This document shows, piece by piece, positions 63,492 through 64,000 of a DNA stretch of 64,000 nucleotides. A model generated the notes under the pieces. It was not told the origin of the DNA. It worked only from the letters and a program-made list of their open reading frames with translations, and ran no database searches. Each line of letters begins with the position of its first letter. The first letter of the stretch is position 1. Origin of the DNA: Felis catus (taxonomy: Eukaryota); the NCBI RefSeq assembly GCF_018350175.1, contig NC_058368.1, forward strand, positions 176,578,001-176,642,000. Reading direction: 5' to 3'. The translations under genes and the position numbers were made by a program.

Positions 63492-63634
63492 GAGAGAGAG
63501 AGAGGGAGAGAATCCCAAGCAGCCTTGGGACTGTCAGTCAGTGCAGAATGAATGCAGGGCTCGAACTCACAAACCGTGAGATCGTGACCTGAGCTGAAGT
63601 CAGGTGCTTGACTGACTGAGCCACCCAGGTGCCC
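63492..63634 (-). mobile_element. CAN-SINE, tail missing
   Basis: gagagagggagagaatcccaagcag...gctcgaactcacaaaccgtgagatcgtgacctgagctgaagtc...gagccacccaggtgccc. Confidence 0.88.
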
Positions 63635-63740
63635 AAAAGAAACTATGTCTAAGTGGCCTCAATACCAGTGTTTAGAATTAACACGTGCATAGATGAGTTT
63701 TGTCAGGCCATCTACTAGTAATAAGACAAGGTGGGGGGGG

Positions 63741-63920
63741 GGGGCGCCTGGGTGGCTCAGTTGGTTAAGCCTCTGACTTTGGCTCACGTCATGATTTCAC
63801 AGTTCGTGAGTTCAAACCCCACATGGGGCTCTCTGCTGTCAGCGCGGCACCTGCTTGGGATCCTCTATTCCCCCTCTCCCTGACTGTCCCCCACTCTCTC
63901 TCAAAAATAAACATTAAATT
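63741..63920 (+). mobile_element. CAN-SINE
   Basis: ggggcgcctgggtggctcagttggttaagc...gagttcaaacccc...ctctctcaaaaataaac. Confidence 0.92.
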
Positions 63921-64000
63921 TTTTTTCAAAAGATAATGTGAACAAATATCCCTTTGAGAAAAAGATTAAAATCGTCTTTAAAAAAGTCTAACTGAATCAG

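Noticed and set aside
31098..63920. tRNA genes suggested by Pol III A/B boxes
   Set aside because: All boxes belong to tRNA-derived CAN-SINE heads with CT-rich bodies, A-tails and TSDs; no cloverleaf is present.

Overview
Mammalian genomic DNA, not prokaryotic. It is almost certainly from a felid (cat family), judged from the abundant tRNA-derived CAN-SINE/SINEC_Fc elements. The window holds the 5' part of NEURL1B (Neuralized-2, the Notch-ligand E3 ligase) on the minus strand. Coding exon 1 (31 nt, 25523-25553) lies in a CpG-island promoter. It is followed by a 17.9-kb intron 1, the 546-nt exon 2 encoding the first NHR/NEUZ domain (7119-7664), and the start of intron 2; later exons lie beyond position 1. 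Intron 2 carries an antisense, decayed NUDT21 (CFIm25) processed pseudogene and a palindromic MER53 MITE. The ~38 kb upstream of the promoter is intergenic and filled with CAN-SINEs, MIR, L2, old L1, ERVL LTR and hAT fragments, plus a few unique, motif-dense stretches that may be enhancers. Almost all entries in the ORF track are spurious. I see no convincing wholly new biological system. The best leads are regulatory: an in-frame uORF before the NEURL1B start, an unexplained 30-bp dispersed repeat, FOX/RBPJ composite elements suggesting Notch feedback, a miR-1302-like hairpin in the pre-mRNA, and a frame-preserving skippable exon 2. Gene and repeat names come from recalled sequences, not from database searches, and old-repeat boundaries are approximate.
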